Source: Eledone cirrhosa (lineage: Eukaryota). From it: a stretch of DNA of 64,000 nucleotides. The first letter of the stretch is position 1. Each line of letters begins with the position of its first letter. Under the pieces are notes generated by a model. It was not told the DNA's origin. It made no database searches and saw nothing but the letters and a program-made list of their open reading frames with translations. Positions 13,216 to 27,128 of this stretch are shown piece by piece. The stretch covers positions 48,422,001-48,486,000 of the forward strand of contig OZ024748.1 of NCBI GenBank assembly GCA_964016885.1, given 5' to 3'. Both the position numbers and the translations under genes were made by a program.

Positions 13216-13862
13216 TATATATATACACACATATACACATATACATATATATACATATATATATATATATGTATATGTGTATATGTGTGTATATATATAT
13301 GTGTACACACATATATACATATATACACATATATACATATATACATATACACACATATATACATATATACACATATATACATATATACATATATATACAT
13401 ATATATATATACATATATATATATACATATATATATATATACACATATATACATATATATACATATATATACACATATATATACACATATATATATACAC
13501 ATATATACACATATACATATATACACATATACACACATATACATATATACACATATATACAAACATATGTATATACATATATACACACACACATATATAT
13601 ATACACACACATACATATATATACACACACACACATATATATATATACACACACATATATATATACACATACATATATACATATATACACATACACATAT
13701 ATATATACACACACACACACACACACGTATATATATACACATACATATATACATATATACACACATATATATATACACATACACACATATACACACATAC
13801 ATATATACACACACATACACATACATATATACATATATACACATACACATATATATATATAT

Positions 13863-13920
<58 letters not shown>
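12025..13920. repeat. About 1.9 kb interrupted (TA)/(CA) microsatellite array
   Basis: Direct reading; explains the YI/HT pseudo-ORFs. Confidence 0.98.
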
Positions 13921-13923
<3 letters not shown>

Positions 13924-14308
13924 CAAATATATAATCTTTTCTAGTTAGAGAAGAGATAACTGGAGGCATTAGAAGCAATCAAGAACTCTGATCTATGATG
14001 TGGTCAACAGACACTGCCAATTTCTGATTCTTATCAGACATACATCAAGGCTTTACTCTGCTTATCTTAATGACCGCTCATCAACGCACAAGGCTGCAGT
14101 CGCAGTTCGCAGTGCACCTACTGCAACAGATAGCACAGCAATGCCTCTTTTCCCAGGCTCTGCTAGCTTCAAATGAAACAGAAATCCATATATATTATTT
14201 AAATTTCATTATGGTGAAAACTTCATCATATGCAAAAGATAGGGAAGATGACTGAGCTTTCGGTGATAATGGAGAAAGAGATGTGGTAATGATTGCATGG
14301 CAGATTAT

Positions 14309-14417
<109 letters not shown>

Positions 14418-14494
14418 ACGAAGGAGTTGTGGTAATGAACCAGATGGACCATAATGCACCAGAATACTCAATACTTAGGGTAGTAGAGTGGGTA

Positions 14495-14593
14495 ATAGGA
14501 AAATGTATGACCCCGACGGCAGAGCTCAAGCCGTTTCGACGGCTATTTCTGGAAGCAGCTATTTCTGGTTAAGGCTACGGGGTCATACATTTT

Positions 14594-14598
<5 letters not shown>
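14495..14598. repeat. Short inverted repeat with internal hairpin (MITE-like)
   Basis: ATAGGAAAATGTATGACCCCG ... CGGGGTCATACATTTTCCTAT perfect 21 bp arms. Confidence 0.75.
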
Positions 14599-14637
<39 letters not shown>

Positions 14638-14834
14638 TGTGTGAATATATGTGTATGTGTATATACATGTATATGTTTGTGCGCACATGTATCTATATGT
14701 GTGTGAGTGCGTGCGTGCATGGGTCTAAGTATGAGTGTATGTGTATATATATATAATGAGTATGTGTGTGAGGTTGTGTGTGCACATGTATTTATGTATG
14801 TGTCAATGTGTGTGTATGTGTCTAGTAATTTTTT

Positions 14835-15055
14835 GATGTCTGTAGTACCAAAGCTGTGATCTTTTGATGCAAAGAAGTAACGCCTCTAACTGGAGTGACT
14901 CCCCGATCTCCGAGCCACACACCTTATCAAGTAATGTTACTCCAAAGACCCTTCGGAGGAACCCGTATTTGCAATTGTATTCTTTTGGTCATTACCCAAG
15001 ATTCACGACCATAAGGGAGGGTTGGTACGAATACCGAATTGAAGACAGCGAGTTT
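14835..15055 (-). mobile_element. Degenerate RTE (Expander-like) ORF fragment
   Basis: Minus strand SWVMTKRIQLQI and SEIGESLQLEALLLCIKRSQLWYYRH resemble the RTE thumb region. Confidence 0.55.
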
Positions 15056-15140
15056 TACACCTACCTCTATAATTTACTTCTTATCACTGAATGTTGAAGC
15101 TGGCACATTATTGTACTGGCTCCATCAATTCTTGTGTGTT

Positions 15141-15172
<32 letters not shown>

Positions 15173-15514
15173 GAGGCACATGGCTTAGTGGTTAGAGCAT
15201 TGGCCTTGCAATCGAAAGGTTGTGAGTTCAATTCTCAGACCGGGTGATGTGTTGTTTCCTTGAGCAAGACACTTTATTTCACATTGCTCCAGTTTACTCA
15301 GCTGTAGAAATGAGATGATAGGGACTGGGGTCCATATCATTCCACTGTAAAGTGGTCGTGGAGGTGCCACGGCAAAAGAGCACCCAGCACTCACTGTAAA
15401 TGAGGTTGGTGTTAGGAAGGGCATCCAGCTGTAGAAATCAAGCCAGAATCAGTTCCCGTCTCACCCTTGCAAGCAGGGAAAAAGCGGATGTAAAATGATG
15501 ATGATGATGATGAT
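15173..15514 (+). mobile_element. SINE family 1, full length
   Basis: A box TGGCTTAGTGG, B box GAGTTCAATTC, CORE-like body, GGTTGGTGTTAGGAAGGGCATCC module, GAT tail; (TA)n on both sides. Confidence 0.92.
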
Positions 15515-15545
<31 letters not shown>

Positions 15546-15578
15546 GCACACATTTGTATATATATATATATATACATG

Positions 15579-15862
15579 GAGGCACGTGGCCTAGTGGTAA
15601 AGGTGTTGGACTTAATGATCATAATGTCATCGATTCGATTTCTGGTTTGCGTGTTGTGTTCTTGAACAAAACACTTCATTTCACATTGCTCCAGTATACT
15701 CAGCTGAAAATGAGCACCAGCAATACCTGGGGTTTAACCCTGCGATGGACTGGCGTCCTGTCGGGGGGGGGGGGGCTTTTATTCTCAATCGCTTCACGCT
15801 ATGAAACCAGGATAAGGGCCAGTCAAATGAGCCATCCAGCTTAAGACAGACTTTACACTTTT
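15579..15862 (+). mobile_element. Older tRNA/CORE-like SINE with a different 3' half
   Basis: GGAGGCACGTGGCCTAGTGG head, GTGTTCTTGAACAAAACAC body, CCCTGCGATGGACTGGCGTCC...CAGACTTTAC end. Confidence 0.7.
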
Positions 15863-15968
15863 AGATACAATACACACACACAATAAATGATAGATAATAT
15901 TAAAATCCTATATGCAGAATCGCTATGATACTTGTTGCAATGTCATTTACTTAATATATATATATGTT

Positions 15969-16000
<32 letters not shown>

Positions 16001-16199
16001 TACACATGCACATTTTTTCTTTTCTTTTTATTCAAATCAGTGGCTAACATTTTTTATAAACTAAAATTTTTAAAAAAGATATGAAACAAAGAATAAAACC
16101 ATTTTCTTCAGAAAATTTATTTGTTGATTTAAAGAATGAAAAATTACTGAATCACAATTGTATGAAAAAAGATTTCTTTCTTTTTTTCTTTCTTTACTT

Positions 16200-17365
16200 A
16201 TTATCATTCCAAGTACGTCAACTATAACTGGTACATTTTCTCAATTTCAATTGATAGATCTTTATATTTACTGAGCTTTCTGAACTCTTTCAAGGAGATG
16301 TTACAATCTGATGGAATGCTCATGTCAATTAAGAAACATGTTTTCTCTTTATGGTCCTTCACAATTATATCAGGTCTGTTGGCCTTGATTGATCTTTCAG
16401 TATTCACAGGGAAATCGCAGAGGATTGTTACATTCTCGCCTCCTGTTACTGCATCTAGGTGATGGTTGTACCATTTTCCTTCCATTTTCAGACCATAAAA
16501 CCTGCACATTACCCAGTGTAAGTATTGCCCCACTCTATCATGCCTCATTTTATATTCCTGGGCAGCTAATACCTTGCAGCCTGAAACCAGGTGGTCTCAA
16601 CACAGAATCAACACTTTTGGTCAATTCCATTTCTGATCAAATTGGCTTGAAAGTTGCGCGTTGGGAGACACTGGTCTTGTGCAGCCAAAATGAAGCCCTC
16701 ATTTTCTGTTTTTAACCAAGAATTCTGCAACCACTGATGGGTAAGAGCTTGATCTACATCAGGTTCTTTGCTACGAAGAATATACTGCCTATGCAGTGGT
16801 TTTTACTCCCATTTAGTGCAGATTCTCTGTTGGCCTTCATATTTTGTCAACACTTTGATGTTCTTTGACGCTTTGATTGCAGAATCGCCATCATTTTCAA
16901 ACTGCATTCCCAGTTCTTCTGCAAACTTCCTACTTTCCTTTGTGACTGAATGTAACCTCTTCCTTCCTTTGTGACTGAATGTAACCTCTTCCTTCCTTTG
17001 TGACTGAATGTAACCTCTTCCTTTCTTTGTGAATTGTGACCATTTTCATTATCCACTCATCTGTGGTTTTAAGGTACTAATTAAGTCCAATGGTTGATAT
17101 CCTGTATGAAAGCTCAAGCTGAATCATTCTTCTACCTCTATTTTGTCTAGGGAGATATATGAGATCCACATCTGCTTTTGGATGATGTATTCTATTACAG
17201 GTCAAAAGTTTCCTGATTTTGGTGTCCATTCACTTAATTTCATTACTGTTCTAATTAATAATATTGAAACTGTAGGTGACAACAGGGATTGCAAGTGCAT
17301 TTATGGCAGATAATTTATTTCTCGGGTTAAGGTCTGTTTTTATGACAGCACGTATTCTCCAGATT
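16200..17365 (-). mobile_element. R4/Dong-clade non-LTR retrotransposon relic (thumb to restriction-like endonuclease)
   Basis: INALAIPVVTYSFNII, HHPKADVD, EGFILAAQDQ, RHDRVGQYLHW, ANRPDIIVKD, LIDMSIP, KLSKYKDL; stops and frameshifts. Confidence 0.85.
16936..17035. repeat. 29 bp tandem triplication inside the R4/Dong relic
   Basis: CCTTTGTGACTGAATGTAACCTCTTCCTT x3. Confidence 0.9.
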
Positions 17366-18019
17366 CTCTCTTTACCCAACACTGTCATTGACGGCATTTT
17401 GCTGCTTTAACAGCTTTCTTGTGTTGAGTTCTCATTATTCTACAAATATATATATATATATATACATACATACATACACACAGTTTCTGAATATGCCTAG
17501 CAGGCAAATTAGATGAAATACATCACTAATTGGAACCAAATAAAAGAAATATAATGATAATGGTAATAATAGTATTAACAACATCAACAATGATAATGAT
17601 AATAACATCAACTTCAATAATAATGACAGTAATAACAATAACATCAATACTATTAACAACAATAACTTTGTGTGTGTTTTGTTATTTGTTTTGGTGTTGT
17701 TTTTGAAAGCTACACTACAATTATGAATTTATGGTTTTGAAATGTCAAGAAAGAAACAATAAAAATTTACATAACTGCAGCACCAACATCAACAACTATA
17801 ATAAGATATCCAAATTCTTCAATATTTCTTACAACTGGAGTCTAGCAGTAATTGTAAATTCTAAGAGACAAATCTAGACTAAAATGCAGCTATTGAATCA
17901 AAAAAGAAAATCTTTCTACGAACACATAAAAGTATGTTAAGCTGAAAAAGGTACTTTTTGAATCTAACTTCTTTGTAAAATCTGTCCAGTGATTCTTTCC
18001 TGAGACATTCTAACTACAA

Positions 18020-18358
18020 ATTTTATAGGCAAAACCAACCAGCAAGGAGACCCAAAGGAAGACCCCTGAGCAAGATGGTTGGATAACATCCATGAACATA
18101 GCTGGTCTCACTTGGGGATCCAGCCAGATCAATCGGCGACAGTTGCTTGATCTAAATATGTAGTTAGAATGTCTCAGGAAAGAATCACTGGACAGAATTT
18201 ATGGGCAAAACCAACCAGCAGGAGACCCAGGGGTAGACTCCAAGCAAGATGGTTGTATAGCATCAATTGGAGACAGTTGCTGCTGACAGGACCTGCTAGG
18301 AGTGTTTGAGGACTCAGCCACCACAACCCTCTCAGGAAAAAGTGGGCAAAGAAGAAGT
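18020..18358 (+). mobile_element. Two degenerate RTE 3'-end fragments
   Basis: GGCAAAACCAACCAGCA...CAAGATGGTTG occurs twice; resembles a decayed RPxGRPxxRW motif; ends in GAAGAAG. Confidence 0.5.
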
Positions 18359-19500
18359 TCTTTGTACATGCATACGCACACCATACTGATACTTATGTAT
18401 GTACAAACCCATAACTCTTGATGGAGTAGTAAGGGTACTATAGTGACATATGGCATTTTAAGCCTGTCAAAGCCCATCCCCTCTCCATGTCTAAACACAG
18501 TTGATTTCTTCTAGAGAAGGAGAGAGAGAGTGATAGAGAGGAAGTGAGAAAGAGATATAAAAGAAGAATCAACCCCAATACTAGACTGGTACTTTTTTTA
18601 TTGATCTCTAAAGGAAGAAAGGTAAAGTTGATATCAGCAGGATTTGAACTCAGAGAGTTGGAACAAATACCACAAAGCATTCTAGCTGATGTTCTAACAA
18701 CTCTGCCAAGTCACCCCTTATACTGATATCATAATTAGTACCACATCTAGTACTACTACTACATGTATCTATTTAGTTAGCTACAGATTCCAGTTTTAAA
18801 ACTGGTGATGACTTTGGGAATGGTAACTGTCAAAGAAACAAATGCCAACTATACTATTACTCCCATCCCCTCTGCACTAACATCACCATCGCTAAAACTA
18901 CCACCACCACAAACACCAACAACACCACCATCATCACAACCAAGCACAGTCCACTCCGCTGTCCACATCCATCCCCCATCTTAATTTTTCCCTACCATTT
19001 ATGAATGACTGAAGTTTAATCAAAGGAGTTACAAAGAGACCTGACAGATGGACAGCCATAGGGCTAACAGCAACACTTACTAACAATATACCATAGCTCC
19101 TCACCCACCAATATTGAATCTCCTTTGGGAAATAACTTGTCAATATTGATTGACTAATAATAAGAGTATCTCATACCAAAGTTACACCACCATCATCACC
19201 ACCATCACTACCACTGCTCCCAGCAACACCATCTACACAACAACCACTATCACTACAACCATCACCAAATCACAACCTTCATGCATATGACTATATCTAT
19301 CTATATATGTGTGTGTGTGAGTGTGCGTGTGTGCGTGCGTGTGTGTGTATCATCATTTACACATACATTTTTCCATGCTTGCATGGGTTAGACTTTTACA
19401 TGTGCATGTGAGTGTGTATGTGTGCATAGAAGAATACAGACATCCATCTATACATATATACACATAGTCAAAATAAAGAACTGTGTATGTATGTATGTAT

Positions 19501-19913
19501 GGGAGAGATGACCCCTTAGCCTTTGTCAAGGCAGAATTCTAGGAGAAGGAAAACTCTGATATAACACCTGCAACCCTGATGGTATTCAATGATGTTGACT
19601 TGTTATTCTTTTTGGTAAATATCAACTTGGTTAAGAGAGTGGGACTGACTTTGTGCAGTGCCTTTGCTCACTATAAAAGCTTCACAGTACAGGCATTGCT
19701 TTATATCTGGAGATCTCTCTGCACTTGTCGTCACATGGTACCATGGGCCCAGCACTATGTGTCAATAATTGTCACAAGTGTAGTGTTTGTACCAGAGTTT
19801 TCAAGTCGCTGGCTGGACTAAAAAGTCACACTCGTTCAGCGCATCAGTAGGGGTTCTCCTACATGGATATAAAGTAGTGACCGTACTCGAAAACGAGTTG
19901 GCAGCCACCACCA
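19501..19913 (+). mobile_element. Non-autonomous RTE-derived element, 5'-truncated copy
   Basis: About 410 bp with about 7 substitutions versus 30293-30703 (counted by eye); lies in (GTAT)/(TA) repeats. Confidence 0.8.
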
Positions 19914-20159
19914 TGTATATATGTAAGTAGGTATGTAGTGAGATCAGGAAGGTCCATTAGTGGGTTAAAACTAAAACCAAAGAAGGGAGAATGGAAAGTG
20001 TACGTGATTGTTCTTATTTAAGTACTAATTCATTCAATTAGGAGGTGGTATGGTGTTTGAGTTTGTCAGCAGGTATTTGTTGTCAGCAGGTATTTGTTGT
20101 GGTGATGACACTTAGTGAAGATTTCTGATCTGAAATTTAGATAGTTTGTGTGCTTATTA

Positions 20160-20350
20160 ATTGTTTCTACTTTTTGGCACAAGGCCAGCAATTACCCAGT
20201 GTATTACTGGTACTTTATTTTATCGACCCCGTAAGGATGAAAGGCAAAGTTAACCTCGGCGGGATTTGAACTCAGAATGGCAAGGGCCGTAACTCTATGC
20301 GTCAAAGCATGGCGTCCGACCCTCTACCGATACTGCCAATCCACCGCCCT
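20160..20350 (-). mobile_element. SINE family 2, full length, with 16 bp TSD
   Basis: TTGTGTGCTTATTAAT on both flanks. Confidence 0.9.
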
Positions 20351-20944
20351 TGTGTGCTTATTAATGTTTGTCAGTATGAGGTTCATTTCAGCTATGTATA
20401 ACCTGTAGCTTTTTGTTCAATTTCTGTGTAGTGTGTGTTAATTGGGAATTAACAACTTGCACGACAAAAAGCACCCAGTCCACCCTGTTTGGTGGTTATT
20501 TTGGTGCCATGATATAAAAACCACCCAGTCCGCACTGTAATGTAGTTGGCATTAGAAAGGACATTCAGCTGTAGAAACCAAGCCAAAATATAGATCTATA
20601 TTAACAATATATGGTTACCTGACCTGAATTGTCTCATAATTTGATAACTCATTTAACCCATACATATATGTATATTGTTAATGTTTGGTTTGGTGGAAGT
20701 ACCTTCTGCTTCACATATTATCACTTTAGAATGTTAAAGTGGTTAATGGATAAAGGGTTTATATTTCCTTGTGTACAGTTAGCTTTAGTCAAGTTAGTTG
20801 GTTTATGTTATTAATTTTTTCATATTGATAGCACAACTTTGACTCAATTTAAGGCTGTTTCTATTGAATGGCTTTCTGTATCAATGTGTGTTAGGGAAAT
20901 GCTTATTTATTAAGACTACGAATATTTTAGCAACATTAGACTTA

Positions 20945-21255
20945 ATATTTAAGGAGAAACTGTGTATAAGAAGAATAAGTTGTGGTGTGCGGGAGAGAAG
21001 ACTGAGATGGTATGGACATGTGATGCACATGGAGGATGACCGCTGGGTAAAGAAGAGCCAAGAAATCCCAGTAGAAGGAAGACGCAGTAGAGGAAGACCA
21101 CGAAAAACATGGGCGGAGGTGGTGAGAGCAGACCTCAGATCGCTGATGCTCACGGAGGAGATGATGAAGGACCGTGACAAGTGGAGGGATGCTGAATAGG
21201 ACCCGTCCCACCCTTGCAAGCAGGGAAAAGCGAGCGTATGATGATGATGATGATG
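20945..21255 (+). mobile_element. RTE family B LINE 3' fragment (short 3' UTR)
   Basis: RERRLRWYGHVMHMEDDRWVKK...GRPRKTW...RDKWRDAE*, then about 40 bp and (GAT)n. Confidence 0.9.
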
Positions 21256-21394
21256 AAAGGTGGTGAGTCAAATAATGTTATAGTGTCTCTTATTCAAATT
21301 GGATGGTATGAGAAATATATATAAAACTATATTTGAATCCACTCACTCTGGTGCTTCATTTTAGTAAGGGAGGGGCTCATTGCTAAAGATTTCG

Positions 21395-21602
21395 GATTGG
21401 CAGTATTGGCAAAGTATTGGACATGCTTTGCAGCATATAGTTACAGCCCTTTACACTCTAAGTTCAAATCCCACAGAAGTTAACTTTGCCTTTCATCCTT
21501 ACAGGGTCGATAAAAATAAAGTGCCAGTAATGCAATGGGGTTGGTTTAATCGACTTCCCCTTACCTTCAAATTACTGGCCTTGTGCCAAATGTAGAAACA
21601 GT
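21395..21602 (+). mobile_element. SINE family 2, diverged
   Basis: GGATTGGCAGTATTGG...AACTTTGCCTTTCATCCTTACAGGGTCGATAAAA. Confidence 0.75.
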
Positions 21603-22064
21603 TATCAGTCAGGTTTATTAAAAAACTTTAGGTGGGTAGCAGGAGTTTGTATTAATATTTGTGTTTAAGTTGAGTTTTATGTTTGAGTTTAGGAAGGCTT
21701 ATGGCTTAGTGGTTGGAGAGTTGGATTTACAATCATGAAATTGTGAGTTCAATTCCCAGGCCAGGTGATACATTATGTGTTTGAGTAAGACACCAATTTG
21801 GGAAAAATAAAAACAGAGGTAAAAAGGAAATTAATACAATTTACTTATGTTACTGGTTGACTTAACTGGGAGAAAATATATATATATATATATATTGATG
21901 AGGTTATAGTATTAGCTCTAATCCTGATTGCTCACATTTACTCAACGAGATATGGTTTGAACTTTTATCAAGCAAAACCTATCTCAGACTGCTAACAAAG
22001 TGTATATTTATAATGTGGCATTTATACTTGTAAGTCTGGACTCTAGTTATATATATAAAAATAA

Positions 22065-22447
22065 ATAATAATAATGAAATTATTGAGTACAGTGCTCAGG
22101 TGCACTACAAGTCATCAAAGGTGCATGTATAGTACATAGAATAATGTACAAATGTCAGGAAAATGAACAGTGTATGAGTCATGATATAATAACAATAATG
22201 AAATATTGTGTCCAGTGCCCAGGTGCACCACAACTCATCAAAAAAGTGCATGTACAGTACATAGGGCAATGCACAAACATCAGTAAAATGAACAGTGCAC
22301 GAGTCATGATACACACATGTGTGCATGTGTATGGAAGGGGTACATCAGGTGTAGTTTTGGCGTATTTCGGGAAGCATGAGTGTCTTAAAGGATGTAGTGT
22401 CTCGGCAGCTAACAATTGACGCAGGCAGTTTGTTCCATGCTTCAGCA
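22065..22447 (-). mobile_element. CR1-group LINE 3' end with tandemly duplicated 3' UTR
   Basis: Minus strand AEAWNKLPASIVSCRDTTSFK, (ATT)n tail; the CAGTGCTCAGGTGCACTACAA block occurs twice; homolog at 38380-38690. Confidence 0.7.
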
Positions 22448-22824
22448 CATCATCATCATCATCGTTTAACGTCCATATTCCACACTTGCATGGGTCTGGA
22501 CGGGAGTTTTCCCACTTGAGGCAAGAGTGGTTGTCTTGCTCGCATAGGACTGCCTGGCGGGTTTTCTACAGCTGGATGCCCTTCCTAACACCAACCACAT
22601 TTACAGTGTGGAACTGGGAGGTTTTTACCGTGTTACCTACATGGCCACATTACAGCGTGGACTGTGTGTTTTTTTGTCATGACACCTACACAACCTCATT
22701 TGTTTCGGGCTGGATGTTGTGACACCAACATAACTTTACATTGAAAGGAGTGGTGTGGATGGTGTGGGGGTAGTGGGACGGGGGTGTATTTTGTTAGAGG
22801 TGCCTACTGACTGTAGTAGGTTTC

Positions 22825-22829
<5 letters not shown>
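22448..22829 (-). mobile_element. RTE family A 3' UTR fragment
   Basis: Matches the 3' UTR of 48674-51820; truncated end abuts (TA)n. Confidence 0.9.
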
Positions 22830-22867
<38 letters not shown>

Positions 22868-23399
22868 CGCACCTGAGTACTCAATACTTAGGGTAGTAGA
22901 GTGGGTTGTAGGAATAGAGTCAGGAATCCGACGGCTGAGCTCTGGTCATTTTAACAGCTTGATCTGAACTGTCCAGTTATACATATAAATATGTGTGTCA
23001 GAGTGTGTATGTGTATATGTGTGCATATGTATATTTATGAGTGTGTCTGTGTGTGTGCATGACTATCATCAGCATCATCATCACCGTCTATGTATGTATA
23101 TATGTGTGCTTGTGTGTGTATGATTACGTGTTTATGTCTGTACTCAGTATTCTTCCTCTGTACCCCTCCCTATCCATCTTGGTAGATGATTTAATCACAG
23201 AGATTACTCCTTCCTCTACCCACACAGCAATTACTTTAAGACTTCTCTATCTACAGAATTCTCTAAGACTTTCCTTTTGCTAGATTCTCAAAACCTTGAC
23301 ACATCCGAGAGAAAAACTTCTGCAAACATTTCATTCCTTTCTTTCTCTTCCTTTTACATTTCATTTAGAAAAGTGGTTTGATAAATGGATAAACTATAG

Positions 23400-23411
23400 T
23401 TGTGTGTGAGG

Positions 23412-23478
<67 letters not shown>

Positions 23479-24090
23479 ATGTGTGTGTGTGAGGGTTTGT
23501 GTCTTGTATGTCTTTATATGTGTGTGTGGTGTGTGAGTGAGGGTCTGTGTTGTGTATGTGTGTGTGTGTGTGTGAGGGTTTGTGTTATATGTGTGTGTGA
23601 GGGTTTGTGTTGTATGTCTATATATGTGTGTGTGTGTGTGTGTGTGAGTGGGATCTGTGTTGTGTATGTGTGTGTGTGTGAGGGTTTGTGTTATATAGAC
23701 ATACAACACAAACCCTCACACACACACACACACACATATATGTGTGTGTGTGAGTGAGGGTCTGTGTTGTGTATGTGTGTGTGTGAGGGTTTGTGTTGTA
23801 TATGTGTGAGTGAGGGTCTGTGTTGTATGTGTGTATGTGTGTGTGTGTGAGGGTTTGTGTTGTATATGTGTGAGTGAGGGTCTGTGTTGTATGTGTATGT
23901 GTGTGGGGGGGGGGGGGGGATCTGACTGCTGTATATATGTGTGTATGTGAGGGTCTGACTGTGTTGTATATATGTGTGAGTGAGGGTCTGACTGTGTTGT
24001 ATATATGTGTGTATGTGAGGGTCTGACTGTGTTGTATATATGTGTGTATGTGAGGGTCTGATTGTGTTGTATATATGTGTATATATATGT
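23400..24090. repeat. (TG)-derived minisatellite with GAGGGT(T/C)TG anchors
   Basis: Direct reading; includes one inverted unit at 23692-23726. Confidence 0.85.
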
Positions 24091-25424
24091 GTATTGGGAG
24101 GGTCATGCTGTATATATATATATATATATATATATAAACAGATTCTAATGTGTGCATATACTGATACACATATACATATATATACATACACAAACAAACA
24201 CTCATACCCATACATACACTCACTCATATATGTCTATACATACATAATACATATATATATATGTATGCACATATATATATATGCAAGCAGATACATAATA
24301 GTTACATTTCTACATACATAACTGCATACACCTTTATTCAGAAAGCCCTTAGCTCCTGCTAGCCAAAGTTATAATATACACAATTGTATATAAAACTTTG
24401 GCAATGTATCTAGCTATCAACTGAAGAATTTGGGAAGAGCTTTTAATGAGCATATTACTCTTATTAGTAGTATAGTGTTGTTGTTGTTATTATTTCATAT
24501 ATTGTTGTTAGGGTGTCTTTTTTCGGGGTAGTTGGGGTGGCATCCAACCTTTTAGCAAAATAGAAAAATAAAGGCGATGATAAAAATTGATTTTCTATAT
24601 TTTGTTGTTGTACATGTTGCTTTTAAGACTTCTATTTTTTTTTTCAGAGGGGGGACACCCCCTCTCCCTCTCTCTCTACATATATATTTCTGTAGATATG
24701 AGTGTATTTAACATCTATATCTATATATATGTGTGTGTGTGTGTGTCCGTGTGCATGTGTGTGTGGGTGTTACAAAGAGGAAGAATGAACACAAACATGC
24801 ATATATATATATATATACATACATAAACTTGATCACATACATACATAAACTTGATCACACACACACAGACACACACACACCTGTGTGTTTGTTAGTGAAT
24901 GTGTAGATGTGTGCATATATGAAATCGAAGTATGTCTCCACAATAGGCTGGCTGATAACTCATAAAATTGCTTCAAATCTCTAGCTGTCACAAGACCTGG
25001 ATACCTTCTACACAAAATGTCCTTTTTTAATATCCCCATATTCACTTGCTTTATGTTTCAAACAAGAAATCACAATAGACAGCTCTATATTCTTATGATA
25101 TATCACACACAACAACTGAAGGATCGTTTCTATCATTTTATTAATCTTCCTAAAAGTGTGGCATTAAGCCATCAACTTCTTTGAAATCTTTCAATAAATT
25201 TGAACAAAAATATTAATAAAATTGTTGTTGTTGTTGCTGCTGAGGGGGGGGAGGGGGTATTTCAGTTTATGGCAATGTTAAGAACAGAAATGTTGTCAGT
25301 ATAAAGAAATAGAAAGAAAAAGGACAAAGGGCAAAGGTTATTGTGAAAGAAAAGGACAGATATGGTATGGGCAATAGAGAGAGGGGTGGGGGAGAATACA
25401 GAGAAAGTGACTAAAGATAGATAG

Positions 25425-27037
<1,613 letters not shown>

Positions 27038-27064
27038 CTGCAAACAAATATCGTCCACACCCTG
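27038..27064. mobile_element. Orphan Tc1/mariner right-end TIR
   Basis: CTGCAAACAAATATCGTCCACACCCTG|TA is the reverse complement of the TIR at 27129-27155 (25/27 match). Confidence 0.8.
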
Positions 27065-27117
<53 letters not shown>

Positions 27118-27128
27118 ATATATATATA

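Noticed and set aside
11896-13978. Long YI/HT/CV-rich ORFs (also at 25.3-27.3, 43.8-45.6, 53.9-56.5 and 58.0-58.9 kb)
   Set aside because: Alternating purine-pyrimidine repeats cannot contain stop codons, so all frames are open; no real protein signal.
15173-15245. tRNA genes at A/B-box sequences
   Set aside because: No complete cloverleaf; each continues into a SINE body and occurs as a dispersed repeat.
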